A stretch of DNA of 64,000 nt, filler included, from Kipferlia bialata (taxonomy: Eukaryota), in NCBI GenBank assembly GCA_003568945.1. It is 6 parts of 6 records of this genome, joined end to end, with 100 filler letters (N's around TTAATTAATTAA, not from the genome) between each part and the next. Parts side by side here need not be neighbours in the genome. Positions count along the whole stretch, not along the records: positions 1 to 10,001 come from BDIP01000919.1; positions 10,102 to 23,766 come from BDIP01000920.1; 4 more parts are not named here. The stretch is one strand, 5' to 3'. Each line of letters starts with the position of its first letter. The stretch's first letter is position 1. Made by a program: the position numbers and the translations under genes. Below are positions 1-13,237 of this stretch, piece after piece. Under the pieces are notes generated by a model. The model was given only the letters and a program-made list of their open reading frames with translations, was not told where the DNA came from and made no database searches.

Positions 1-68
1 GGGAGGCGGTATTTATATGTAAAAACTTTAAATATTCTATTCTAACCCCCCCCCCCCCCTGACCCCAG

Positions 69-199
69 GCCATTCTTCTGGTGTGTTTATATATATTTCT
101 TCTTGCACCTTTATATACCCCCCTCACCCCAGACACCATCCTGTTGGTGTGTATTATGAATATAATATCTTCATCACATTGTGTATATATGTATATATA

Positions 200-235
<36 letters not shown>

Positions 236-3072
236 CCTTTTTTTTCCCCCCCCCCCCCCCCCCCCCCTCTCTCTCTCTCTTCCTCTCACCCTCACCCTCC
301 TCTCTCTCTCTCTCTCCCCCTCACCCCCAGCTGGCATGGAGAGGAGTATCCATCTCTATCTTCCTCTGCTTATTATATACTATATCAATTAGTATTTACC
401 TTCCCATGTTATATAAGGATATGTAGTCCAACTATTATTCGTACTCCTCTCTCTCTCACCCCCAGCTGGCATGGAGAGGAGTCTCTCTCTCCCTCTCTCT
501 CTCTCTCTCTCGTTATCTCTCTCCCCCCCCCTCACCCCCAGCTGGCATGGAGAGGAGTCTGTCCAGACGCAGCAGGGGGAGCAGGTGCGTATGTATATAC
601 ACATGTTTATATAGATGGAGTTATACTGATAAGCTATAAATGGGGTTTAGTGTATTACTTAGAATATCAGCAGGGGGAGCACGTATGGCACTCCTTAGAT
701 AGATACGTCCTCGTGTAGTCTTTAATCATACCTTGCTCACTCCCAGACCCAATCTGCGCACCACTCCAGTGCCCAGGAACAGCAGCCTGTCACTGTCAGG
801 TAATACAATACACTTTTGGTGTTCACTCCCATTTATTATCATATATGTTATACTTGACATATACACTGTAAGGTTAAGATGCACACTTAGCATAACATTT
901 TGGTTCATTTTCGGCGTTTCTATATGGATTACAGTAGTGCATTAATATGTGTGTATTCCTGACCCTTAGGCTGGCGTGACAGGGAGGCCTCCAGGGTGGA
1001 GAGAGAGAGGACGAGGGACGGACCAATCTCTGTGGAGCAGGTGCAGTTCACATTGTATTTAACTACCTATTGATATACAGTATATATATGTATATGTGTG
1101 TGTGTATGTCTGATTCTCTCTGCTAACTCTAGGACCGCACCCAGAGCCAGTACGAGGAGCTCCTCAGCCCCCTGAGTCCCAGGGACATCACTAATCCAAT
1201 GGAGGTGGGGTTGTGTGTCACACAGTGTAGTCATTCATGTACTATATACTGATATATGATTGTTCCATACCCTCACCCCCAGGTCATTGCTAACACCCCT
1301 CCCAAGGGGGGCAAACCCCGCACCCCAAGGTAGGAATCAGTATGAATATCACAATACGCACACCACGGTCATTATAGTATATTTTTTGTACTTTAACACC
1401 AAGGCGTGATAAGCCCCCCACCGAGGGTGTTGTCTCCCCCTCTGCTGCCAAGCCCAACAGCCTGGTGGCAGAGTACAAGCAGAGGATGGAGGAGCTAGGT
1501 ACATGATATATATATACCTACACTGACTGAGTGTATATATGTTGGTTCTATTTTACATATACTTGACCCTCAGGTGTGTATGAGGACAACACTGAGGACG
1601 AGCTGTCCATTTACGTATACTATATATATATATACTCTCCATATATATATGTAAATATGTATATATATATACCTCACCCCAGGTGACTATGAGGATAATA
1701 CTGAGGACGAGCTGTCCATGTCTGTATCTCCCTCTCTCTCTCTATAGATATACCTCACCCTCAGGTGTCTATGAGGACAATACCGAGGACGAGCTGTCAA
1801 TGTCTGTGTCCATCAGTGAGGACGAGGGCGAGGGGGACTCAGTCCCGGCAGCATCCCTAGGGGCTCAGGTATATTTAGATATATATATATAGATATACCT
1901 GCCTGTGTAAGTATGGACCATATCCCATATCCCATATCACTCTTCGCCTCTCTCTCTCTATGTATGTATCTCACACCCAGCCCAGCAGGCCAGCCAGTGG
2001 CAGACCCACCAGCAGTAGACCTGCCAGTGGCCGCCCAGGTAACCATTATATTATTCATATATGTATGTACTGTTCTAGTGTTACTGATGTGTCTTCTTAT
2101 GCATAGGCAGTGGCCGCCATTGCAATACACACATATGATACTAGTTTCAACATATATATGTATAGTATTTGTCTGATGCATAGGCAGTGGCCGCCCTGGC
2201 AGCAGCATGGGAGGTAGACCCCTCTCTGGCAGACCACCCAGTGCTAGGCCAGGCAGTGCACTCAGGCAGAGACAGGTATGGATTGTATACTATTATATTT
2301 CTTGAATTCCTTGTATATTGTGAATAGTGTATAGTGAATCAAGATATACATACGTTGCCACTGCACTCAGGCAGAGACAGGTATGAAGTAATTGCATAAT
2401 ACATAAGTATCCACATAAATCTCATAAATTGTGATTACATTTATATTATTCGTGTCCATATATAGCTGACCCCAGCCTGAGCCCGTCCCTGAGGCAGAGT
2501 CCCCCGAGGTCATTGCAAAGGTATTGGTCAATATATAGTAGATATACACTGAGTCTATAGTCATTCTGTATGCAGTTCTGTATTATATACCCCTAACCCC
2601 CCAGGCCAAGTCCACTCTCAATACAAATATACCATAGATGCTTAATACTATTCTTTTGTATTATTATATATTGTATGATATACTATACATACCCCTAACC
2701 CTCCAGGCCAAGTCCACCCTCAAGCCCATCAGAGACAGGGAGTTCTCATCCAAGGTATATGCATATATGTATGTGTCTTCTACTTGTATTGGCCTTACAG
2801 CCCTGTTATTTACACTGTATTTATGTCTACTTATATATTCGTATATTCTTACCCCAGAGTCCCATTGTCAACATCACCCCTTATATATACTGTTAATAGT
2901 TTCATTACTATTAGTATTATATATACAGTATAATACCATATATTCTAACCCCAGGGCCCCATTGTCAACATCCACGGAGGGTACCCCACCATGACTGAGA
3001 CAGAGGACGATGACAGCATGGATAGCTGTCCCAGTGCTAGGTATAGTATATATACAGTATATATATATAGGC

Positions 3073-3125
<53 letters not shown>

Positions 3126-6100
3126 AGCATGGACAGCTGCCCTAGTGCTAGGTACTATATACATACTCCCTTTCTCTCTCTCTCTTTCTCTTTGTATATA
3201 TATGTATTTATTAGTAGTATACATTGTTAACCCATCAGGAACGTCCCCCGCAGTGCCGGTCTGAGACAGGCCCACAACGCATCAGGCATCCTGTCTGACC
3301 TTGACCTAGACGAAGGGAAGCACACCGACCACTCTGACCACTATGAGGAGTTCAGCGATGGTGTGAAGGAGGGAGAGAGAGAGGGTGTGCAGCCAAGTGC
3401 CAGGCTGGAGTCTGTGGTTGAGAGTGACGAGGAGACCGAGGAGGAGGAGAGCGAGAGGGAGAGAGAGAGTGACTCCGAGGTGGACGGTATCCCTCGCCTC
3501 TCAGACGATGAGGAGGTCTCCATCCACGATGCCTCCATCGCCAGTGAGTACGAGAAGGAGAGGGAGAGTGGGTCAGAGGGTGATGTCGATGTGCTGTCTG
3601 CTGTGGAGGAGGATGCTGTGGGTGTTCCTGAGGAGGGGGAGGAGGAGGAGGAGGATGTGTACCGGCCCTGTGTGTACTCAGAGCCAGAGTACTACGAGGC
3701 ACCGCAGCCTGAGGTGGTGGAGGAGGATGTGGTGACTGCCACAACTACCACTGCCACTACTGCTGCTTCTCCTGCTACTATTGCTACTGCTCCTGGTACT
3801 GTTTCCACTACTGCTGCAGCTGAGCCCTCTGCAGATGAGTATGCTGATGAGTTTGGTGATGAGGAGTCCTCTTCCCACCACGACTCTACCCCTGAGGCAG
3901 AGGCAGAGGCAGAGGCAGAGGCAGAGGCAGGTGTTGATGCTGCAGAGAGTGTGGTAGAGAGTGTGGTTGAGGAGATCAAGGAGGATGTCTCTGAGGTGGA
4001 GGTGGAGGAGGATACCCTCGAGACCCTTGACGGTCTGGACGCCCCTGTTGACACCACCGATGCAGTGTGTGAGGAGGGACAGGCTGAACAGGCTGAGTCC
4101 GGTACCAGCCTCGAGGTCTCCATCTCACCTCCTCTCTCTGATGCTGAGAGTGATAAGGGTGCAGCACCAGCCGTAGTAGAGACTGTGCTTGCTGAGGCTG
4201 CTGAGCAGGCTGAGTACGGGTATGGAGATGAGTTTGACGAGGAGGAGGAGGACGATGACACCTTTGTCAGGTCCAACCAGGCCACGACTCTCCTCTCTAG
4301 TGCCTCAAGACCCACCTCCCGCACCTCTAACCACTCCTCTAGTGCCTCTAGGCCTGCCTCCCCCGCCCCCCCTGCCACTCTGCCCTCTCCCTCCCCTGCC
4401 GTTGTCAACCCTGCATCACCACTGCCAGCCACACCCACTGTAGGTAATGAGACTCTTGTATACATTCATATACTTCTTTGTATGTACTATAGATACACAT
4501 ATTGTGTACATGTTCTAATGATACTATGATACTATGATACTGACTACTCTGCATCGCCACTGCCAGCCACTCCCACTGTAGGTAGTGTAGCCATAGTATT
4601 CCTTTATACCATAATACTATAATCATCCATATATAGAGATTATTCTGATGTGAAAGATCTTCATTTAGTCTAACTGTAGGTGTGACTGCCGATGCCCAGC
4701 AGAGTGGCACCAGCGGCACTGAGAGTGAGGCTCAGACATGTGACGCCACTCTGTTTGAGAAGGTGGCCAGTGCAGTGTCAGACGCATTTGACAGTGAGGT
4801 AGGATTGCATGTGTGTATATATACTCAGCATATATATGTTCATGAGAATTGTTGTGACTCTCTGATTCTAACATTGCAGGACAGCGACTCTGCCCGCTCT
4901 CAGGCTATATATATCTATATACCTATTTATCTATCTATGCAACTACAAACACCCTAATCATTCAGGACGGCGACTCTGCCCACTCCGAGCCTGCCTATAT
5001 ATATATGTATATATTCATATATGAATAGTAGTCTCTATTAATCTACACATCATATACTTACCACCCAGTCCTCCCACTCCGACGCTGCCCCTGAGGCCAA
5101 GGTTGAGGAGGAGACTGACAAGGAGAGTGAGAGTGAGGTTGTGATTGCCCCTCTGGACTCTGACAAGGAGGAGGAGGAGGGGGAGGATGTGCCTCTGGAG
5201 ACTGAGGAGGTGTGTGAGTCTGCCGCTGCTCCTGTCATTGAGAGAGAGAGAGAGAGAGAGAGAGCGCGCGAGAGTGAGAGAGAGAGTGAGGCCGAGGCCA
5301 GTGACAGCATCGTGCTTTCCTGTGACGAGGCAGACAATGCCGCACCTGCCCCTGTCCCAGAGGCAGAGTCTGAGGCAGAGTCTGAGGGAGAGAAGGATGT
5401 AGAGGTAGATGTCGAGACCAAGGCTGAGACCGATGCCTCCTCTGATGGTGAGGTCGTTGCAGAGACCGAGGTTGAGTCTGAGAAGGAGGCTGAGGTTGCC
5501 GAGTCCTCATCTGCTGAGGAGGAGGAGACTGAGGCTGCTGAGGAGGCCCAGGTCTCAGAGCCTGAGGTGGTTGCAGGGGCTGAGTCCTCCGAGTCAGAGT
5601 CCGATGCCGCTGAGGCTGAGGGTGAGGATGTGGTTGATGAGGCCTCTGAGTCTTCTTCTTCTGATTCTGCTCTCGAGGGTGAGGCTAAGGTTGAGTCTGA
5701 TGCTGAGTCTGAGGGGGAGGAGAGCAGTGCTGCCGAGGAGGTGGTCGAGGACGCTGCCACTGAGGTTGTCCAGGAGTCTGAGAAGGAGATAGAGAAGGTT
5801 GAGGAGGTTGAGGAGGAGGAGGCTGCTCAGGATGAGGCGAGTGAGTGTGAGTCTGAGTATGACACCACTGCCCCCTACATCCCGTGCACATACACCCACG
5901 TGGGGGAGGGGGAGAGAGAGGAGGTAGTCGATGTCGTCGAGGCTGACGTTGTGGCCGGCGTGGTTGATGAGGCATCCGACGTTGCAGAGGACGTTGCCGA
6001 CGTTGCAGAGGACGTTGCCGACGTCGCTGAGGACGTGGCTGAGGAGTACTCTGACTTTGAGGGTGATGGTGCCATATCCTCTGAAGATGAGAAGGGGGCA

Positions 6101-6367
6101 GAGGGAGAGGGAGAGGCAGGGGGAGAGGGAGAGGCAGAGACAGAGACTGTGGCTTCCGCCATCATGGGATTCATCCCCCCTGAGGAGGAGAGAGTGGAGG
6201 CAGAGGAGGAGGGAGAGAGGGGAGAGAGAGGAGAGAGAGGAGAGAGCACCGACCCCGTGACTGTGTTGGACACCGTCACAGAGGGTATTAAGGGTGCAGA
6301 GGGAGAGGCAGAGAGAGTGATGGGAGATGTTGAGCTCTCCGACGTTGGATCGATCTCTGACATGTAA
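69..6367 (+). CDS. Large multi-exon, disordered Glu/Asp/Ser/Pro-rich protein, 5' part outside window, unknown function
   Basis: GT-AG exons splice in frame (GMERSLSRRSRGSR-PNLRTTPVPRNSSLSLSG-WRDREASR...-VYEDNTEDELSMS...). Two long acidic exons (~3239-4442, ~5069-6367) end at TAA 6365-6367. Confidence 0.7.
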
Positions 6368-6465
6368 CATTTGGCTTCGAATAGATAGCTTACCGACTAC
6401 TGAGTACTGCATAGTTGCAGCATTGAATTGGATTCTGGTCAGCTCTATTGACATATATAGAATAG

Positions 6466-7151
6466 TCACTGAGCCGCCCTCTTTGCAGGGGTTTCCAACA
6501 AGAGATTGACGGGTTCTCTCTCTCCATCCTTCATAATCTCTCCATCTCTTGCATGGACTCTGTAGCATAGTAACTCTCTCGCTCTCATAGCATCCCTGTC
6601 TCTCCGCCTGACACCCTTAGGCAATGGCGCAACCCCAAACAGCACCCCAGTGTGTGTGTCTAAGTTAACCCCTAGAGCCGCGTCCAAGTGTATGGGTAGG
6701 TCATCCCATCTGGACCAGGCACGTGACACAGTGTCATAAGCATGGCAGGCACTGAGGATTAGACTAATACCATTGATATATATACATGTGTGTATGTGTA
6801 CATTGAATACAATATATCATCGGCATGGCAGGCACTGAAGTGAATTAGAGTAATACCATAAGTATACACCAATGTATAATATATACAAATTGACACAGTG
6901 TCATAGGCATGGCAGGCACTGAAGTGAAAAGAGTAGGTGCACACAATGGGTATATATTTATAGAGAGAAAAGTAGTGAGATATAGTGAGATATAGGAGAT
7001 GGGAGGGGGAGGGGGGGTGCATATAGGCAACCAGGAGTGCTATATATATACATACATGTATGTACATGCATACATATATATACCTCTCATGATCCAGCCC
7101 ACCAACCACCAGTATGTACTGGCCGATACTGAGAACGCCAGGGCTGTATGC
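6466..7151 (-). CDS. C-terminal exons of a kelch-like repeat protein
   Basis: Exon 7084-7151 (AYSPGVLSIGQYILVVGGLDHE) joins the exon starting ~6752 (SACHAYDTVSRAWSRWDDLP...). This gives the kelch hhhhGG...YD....W pattern. Confidence 0.65.
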
Positions 7152-7365
7152 CTATTGTCAGGGGTGGGGGGGGGTGCAGAGATAAGAGTGAGTGAGACAT
7201 AATCCAAAATAGCTACTAAACGAGGTGAGGAATAGAATGGGATGGTCAGCACTGCGAGAGGGGAGGGGGGGGGGGGGGGGGGGAGGGATGCCCTCTCAAA
7301 GGAGAATTTGTTAAAGCTAAAGAGAGAATCCAGGATATTCTCATAATCATAACAAAGATTCTTAC

Positions 7366-8726
7366 CTCAAATCCGTCATGACTGCTCCCGTTGCCGGAAC
7401 TATCAGTGGTGAATGTAACTGATGTCAGCTATACAATTCAGTGTATATGGAGTATACTCAACATATACTGTGTATAAGAACATGTATTGAGCCACTGTAG
7501 GAACTGTCAGTGGTGAATGTAACTGGAGTGAGAAGGGAGAATGAGAGAGAGATAGAGAGCCAGTAGAGGTGTAATTCGACAATATCTACTTCTATAGCAT
7601 ATTCTACGCATCTCCATCCTCCCTTCACTTTGTCACAGTGGTGTATATACATTTGTGATATGATACTACTACACACATTTCAATTCACGTATAACGTACC
7701 TATTACAAACACACACACATATATATATATATACACATACAATATAGGCACATAGGTTAATATAGGACATACTTACTACACAGAAGTCTGAGCCCATGTT
7801 GATAGAGAGGGTCTCACTCAAGTATATATACCTACATACATATAGTAGTAAGATTATATACCTATAACACAGACGTCTGTGAGTGAGTACCAGTCGATAG
7901 AGAGGTCTCACCCAGTACTATATACATACACATAGATATTCATACATATATATAGGAGATGGACAGAGTTATATATACCTATCACACAGACGTCTGTGAG
8001 TGAGTACCAGTCGATAGTCAGGGTCTCAGATAGGTCACCGGAGTATGTCTGGACTGAGTATAGAGTGACATCTATAAAGTGATACGGAGAGAGAGAGAGA
8101 GAGAGGGAGAGAGAGATAGAGTCTGAACTAGTTCACCAGAGTAGGTCTGAGGTAGGAATAGATTAAGAGCAAGAGAGAGACAGAGAGAGACAGAGAGAGA
8201 GTGTCTCGTAAGACTGAATGCATAGTTACTCACCTCGATCAGCGTCGCGTCGTTTCGTCGTATGTATAAGTTCTAATTATATAATACATATATGACACTT
8301 ACTCACATTGATCAGCGTCGCGTCGTAGCTTGAGCACTCATTAGAACTCCAGGTACTCTGAATGTTAGAAACAGAGAGAGATATACATATTATAGAGATA
8401 CAAACAGGGAGAGAGAGAAAGAGAATAGAACTCCAGGTACTCTGGGGTTAAAGAGGAAATATAGATAGATAAAGAAATTGAGAGTCTGGGGTTAAAGAGT
8501 AAGACATATATGGATATATAGATAGAGACATAGAACATAGGAAGATACAAATAATTGCAGACGAGAGAGAGAGAGTCGCCTCAATTCCCAACACTTCTCT
8601 ACATCTATAGTAAATACCTTGTAGACCGTTATCTTGTCCCATGATGATTGAACCTCTCCTTCTCCCTCTCCATACATCTAATCTTGCCGTAGCCTGACAC
8701 AATCTCACTCACTCTACCTCTCTCTC

Positions 8727-8766
<40 letters not shown>

Positions 8767-9944
8767 GTATGAAACCCTCGCAGACCCTGATCTTGTCGTA
8801 GCCTGACTCAATCTCTCCGGTGATATAGTATGTGACCCCAATATATAACAATATATAATATTATATAATAATAGTATAAAACAACATATAACAATATATA
8901 ATAATAGTATTATAGAGTACTAGTACCTGGTACACTCTGATCTTGTCCCAGCCTGACTCAATCTCTCCATCGATGAAGATAGTCAGCACGTCAGGGGCGG
9001 GGTAGGGCATGACTACCTGGTGTTTGTATGTATACTAGTATATGTATATAAGTAAATACATATAATGTGATGTGCATGATGAAGATAGTCAGCACGTCAG
9101 GGGCGGGGTAGGGCATGATGACCTAGCATTAGCATATATACTAGTATATGTATATTAGTAAATACACATATAATGTCAGCTGGTCTGGGGCGGGGTATGG
9201 CATAACTACCTGGTGTTAGCATACATACAGTATAAGTATAGTAGTATATACATATATCATAGATTGCGATGTGTATGTCAGGGGCGAAGTAGGGCATGAT
9301 GACCTTATGTTATGCAACATCTATCTATCTACTTATATACAATACATATGTATTTAGCCAGCACCTCAGGGGTGGGGTAGGCATAATGACTTATTTGAAA
9401 CTATCCTATACATATATTCATATAATATACGATAGTATGTATTAATACTTATATATATGTACATTATACAAATATAGTAAGCAGGTGACGAGTAGGGTAT
9501 ATAGAGAGAATACAAACACATGCGTACTCAATACATGTGTATAGCTGTGTATGTTCAGGGATATATATATATATATGTCCATGTCGACATAGGCATCATT
9601 GTATCATAGTAAATAATGGAGTATGTATACTATTCATATCTACTTCACAATATATCATGTATGTTCAGGGACTCACCCACTCTTCGTCCATGTAGTTGAT
9701 AGACTACTTATATACACAAATTATACTATGCAATTATCTTCTATCTCAATCTATATATCAATATCATATGGAACACTCACCCACTCCTCGTCCATGTTGT
9801 TGACATACTCATCAATGAATCATAGTGTATAATTACTATTCATATCTACTTCTCTATATAATGGAGTATCTGTCACATACCCACTCCTCGTCCATGTTGT
9901 TGACGTAATCATCATCGTCAACTGCAAAGGAACCGCTGAGACCA
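7366..9944 (-). CDS. CUB-domain-containing protein fragment (5 exons)
   Basis: Exons give ...DDDYVNNMDEEW / VVMPYPAPDVLTIFIDGEIESGWDKIRVYQ / STWSSNECSSYDATLIN / TYSGDLSETLTIDWYSLTDVCVI / VTFTTDSSGNGSSHDGFE. These match the CUB motifs Y.NN...W, E...D...VY and F.TD.S...GF. Confidence 0.7.
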
Positions 9945-10001
9945 CTGAAATAAGAGGAAGAGAGAGAGGGGGGGGGGGGGGGGGAAAAGGGAGCCGGGGG
10001 G

Positions 10002-10101
10002 NNNNNNNNNNNNNNNNNNNNNNNNNNNNNNNNNNNNNNNNNNNNTTAATTAATTAANNNNNNNNNNNNNNNNNNNNNNNNNNNNNNNNNNNNNNNNNNN
10101 N
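10002..10101. other. Artificial contig spacer (N44-TTAATTAATTAA-N44)
   Basis: The same 100-nt spacer with stops in all six frames recurs five times. Confidence 0.97.
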
Positions 10102-10419
10102 CCGCTTCGATGGCAACGAAACATCATACCACTAGACCAATGACGTACACTGGGTCCCCTAATATAAAAACATGTGGGAGAGAAGAAAGTGATCTAGATT
10201 CATAGACTGATTCAATGCAACCCAATACTGGTTTCCCTCCCACATATTAACACATCACTACACCTAACCCAATGACATTCGTGTGAAGTTGCTCCAACAC
10301 CAGAAGCTGCAACAGTCTATTGAATACCGTCACTCTACACTGTCCAGACCATCACATAATGAACGACTACTCCTGTCAAACAACAAGGAGGTTAACACAA
10401 AGACACAAGAATACACAAA

Positions 10420-10457
<38 letters not shown>

Positions 10458-10460
10458 CCA

Positions 10461-11207
10461 TTACTCTAGGATAGATGCTATCTGCAGTACTAGTGTCCTT
10501 CCACTCTGGAGCACAACACCCTTGACCCTGTCACCAACCTGAGAAGTGAGTAAGGGGTATATATATAGATACATATAGATACATATAGATACATATAGAT
10601 ACATACGTACATACCACACGCATGACCCTGTCACCAACCTGTATATAATACATATACACCATATCTATATACCTTCAGTGCCTTCAATGGAGACATGCCC
10701 AGGTGTGCATCTGTCACTCCGATATATATACATATACTATGTATATACACTATGGATACTACACTATACTATACCATACATACCTTCAATGCCTTCAGTG
10801 GAGACATCCCCAGGTGTGCATCTGTCACTCTGGCTGGGAAGGGGGAGGACAGGGGGTGGAAGTCAGTCTCTAGAGGTTAGCAAATGTATATATGTAATAT
10901 TCAACAAGAGTAACCCGTTCTCAGGGTAATGATCATACATATATATATATATATATATATAATGATAAGGGGGAGGACAGGGGGTGGAAGTCAGTCTCGA
11001 GGGGTTAGTAATCTCTTCACAGCCTCATGGGTATATACTGAAAGAGTGGGGGGTCAGAGGTATATGATACGTACAGGACATGGATAAAGGGGGGGGTCTC
11101 TCTCTCTCTGTATATTCACGTATATACTCATATACATGCGTGTACTATGCTATACCTGATGGGTTCTCCACATTGGGCCTGAGGAGTGCAAAGACAGACA
11201 GGGTAGC
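10461..11207 (-). CDS. 3' exons of a protein ending in an S1/OB-fold-like segment
   Basis: In-frame splice ATLSVFALLRPNVENPS-ETDFHPLSSPFPARVTDAHLGMSPLKALK-VGDRVKGVVLQSGRTLVLQIASILE*. 'LKVGDRVKGVVL' is S1-like. Confidence 0.5.
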
Positions 11208-11257
11208 CTGGGGATAAGGGGGGGGGGGGGGGGAGAGGGGGGGGGGGGGGGGGGGGG

Positions 11258-11289
<32 letters not shown>

Positions 11290-11336
11290 AGAGAGGGTGA
11301 GAGAGAAAGAGAGAGAGAGAGAGAGTATCTGCATAC

Positions 11337-11724
11337 CCATCACTGCCGCCAAGACAGATGACCAGGACCACTGTGACCACGGCCACAAGGACAACACCTG
11401 GGGTTAGACACATAAAGATAGAGTGTATAGTACTACATAGTGTATGTATGCAATCCCACCTGCCACCCCCAGCACTACCCCCTTCTGTGTCTTGGTCAGG
11501 GCACGGAGGCCAGAGGCATCCTGGCTGGGGGTCAGGGTACATACATAAAGAGGGTATATATATAGACAGTAGCCAATGAGTGCATATCGGTGTGGATAAT
11601 GGAGAACACAATTGAGTAGAGACATGTGACACGATCACTCCCCCTCTCCATCTCACCTCTCCCCAGGGGATGGGATGCCCTTGTCCCCACTCTGCAACAG
11701 CCCGTCCTTCTCAGTCCCACCCAT
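11337..11724 (-). CDS. 5' exons of a type II single-pass membrane protein
   Basis: MGGTEKDGLLQSGDKGIPSPGE-SQDASGLRALTKTQKGVVLGVA-GVVLVAVVTVVLVICLGGSD has a hydrophobic span after basic residues. Continuation across the poly-G tract at ~11220-11290 is out of phase with the S1-like exons. Confidence 0.55.
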
Positions 11725-11864
11725 GGCTGTGACACTGACCCATGAGGAGAAGATAGATCTGGGCCAGATAAACTCGGTTACCGAGTGTGTTTGTTCTGGG
11801 GGTCTAGGAATACCTCTGGTTCAGGACCCTGATTCAGGACCTGAACAACCTTCTCTGTCTCTCG

Positions 11865-13237
11865 ATGTCACCCAGTGATGACGCTGTGGTTAGCACGGCA
11901 TGCTGGGATGAGGAGGGGGACACCTTGCAGAATGTCAGAAGGATAGGTGGGAATATTGAGGATGGACTCTCTCTCTTCTGTCTTCCTTCCACCTACCTCA
12001 CCCCAGTGTTCATCCTTGGGCAGAGTGTGCCTGAGGAGAGAGAGATTGATGGTCTGGACCCTTCTTTCATACATGTCAAGGTGACGGTGGGGGGGGAGGT
12101 GGTAGGTATCTATGTATCAAGTATCTTCTGACATTGAATCACACTCGGTGTTCAACCACCTCTGATATATGCTCTCTTCCTCTGATATATGCTCTCGTCC
12201 TCTGATATATGCTCTCTTCCTCTGATATATGCTCTCTCCGTCTCTCTATTACTGCATGTTTCTCCTTGCTTCCCTTCATGTCTCTCTCCACCCCAGCCAC
12301 CGCTAGGATGGACGCACTCTCTCTCTATCTGTCTCTCTGTCTCTCTCTTTCTCTCTCTCTCTATCTGGGTTTCCCTTGCTGTCCCTCCTCCTGCCTCCTC
12401 TTAGGAACGGCCAGGATTGACCCCCTCTCTGTATCTCTCTCTATCTTAGTCCCTCTCCATGTCTCTCTTACTATACCCCCCCCCCCATCCTAGGCACTGC
12501 CAGGATGAACCCCCAGGATGGACACATTGGGAGGGTGGCTGTGCTGGCAGGGTACAGGGGCAGAGGTTATATATATGCATACATTCTACAGTAGGTATTA
12601 GTATAAATATGTGTATGAGAATGGGAGGTTGGCTGTGCTGGCAGAGGATAGGGGCAGAGGTACTTCATGTGTATTATACATCATATTCTATAAAGTCTAT
12701 TATTGATGGATATTCGTAGATATAGGCCTAGGTAAATTCGGGTTTGGGTAGTCTGATAGTGGTACCGATATTCTATACCCTCCGTTGCCCCCTACGCTCT
12801 GTTCCCACACTGACATGCTGATGCATTTCTTTGTTGGATACTATCTATTCACATTGTATTCGGTCACTTTCTCCCCCAGGTCTTTGGTACACACAAATAT
12901 GTGTAATATCTAGTAGTATGTATATTTCTTGTCTTGATGCTCCATAGTCAGGTTGTCTATGTGCCCTTCCTCACCCCCAGGCCTAGGCTGTATGCTTATG
13001 CAGGAGCTGCACCGCCAGGCACATGCCCTAGGCCTAGACCACACACACCTCAGCGCACAGCTCACATCTGAGGCCTTTTACTCATCACTCGGTGGGGGGT
13101 GCATAGAATTACTTGTTGTATACTTCACCTGTTTACTCGATAAGTCAACTGCGTCTAATACAGGGTATGTCCGTGCCAATGATCGGGTGTTCCTGGATGC
13201 GGGTATGGAACATGTTGACATGCACAGGAGGGTGTGA
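11865..13237 (+). CDS. GNAT N-acetyltransferase, ElaA/YjcF-like, 5 exons
   Basis: MSPSDD...VRRI-VFILGQSVPEEREIDGLD...GGEVVG-TARMNPQDGHIGRVAVLAGYRGRG-LGCMLMQELHRQAHALG...LSAQLTSEAFYSSLG-YVRANDRVFLDAGMEHVDM. Contains the acetyl-CoA-binding R.RG.G motif and the FY..LG and F.DAG..H..M signatures. Confidence 0.88.
12159..12236 (+). repeat. Intronic tandem repeat, ~4 x 20 nt (CCTCTGATATATGCTCTCTT)
   Basis: Directly visible. Confidence 0.85.

Noticed and set aside
1574..1868. Mutually exclusive alternative exons
   Set aside because: Echoes are partial: each has only one splice site and runs into microsatellite and stops.
6466..9944. Attractin-like CUB-kelch fusion
   Set aside because: The phase is compatible (GFE|AYS), but that has a one-in-three chance. 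Only a terminal kelch fragment follows and a poly-G tract lies at the join.
10046..10057. TTAATTAATTAA as a biological motif, and gene neighbourhoods across it
   Set aside because: Identical N-padded spacer at five places; artificial concatenation, so genes on different contigs are not linked.
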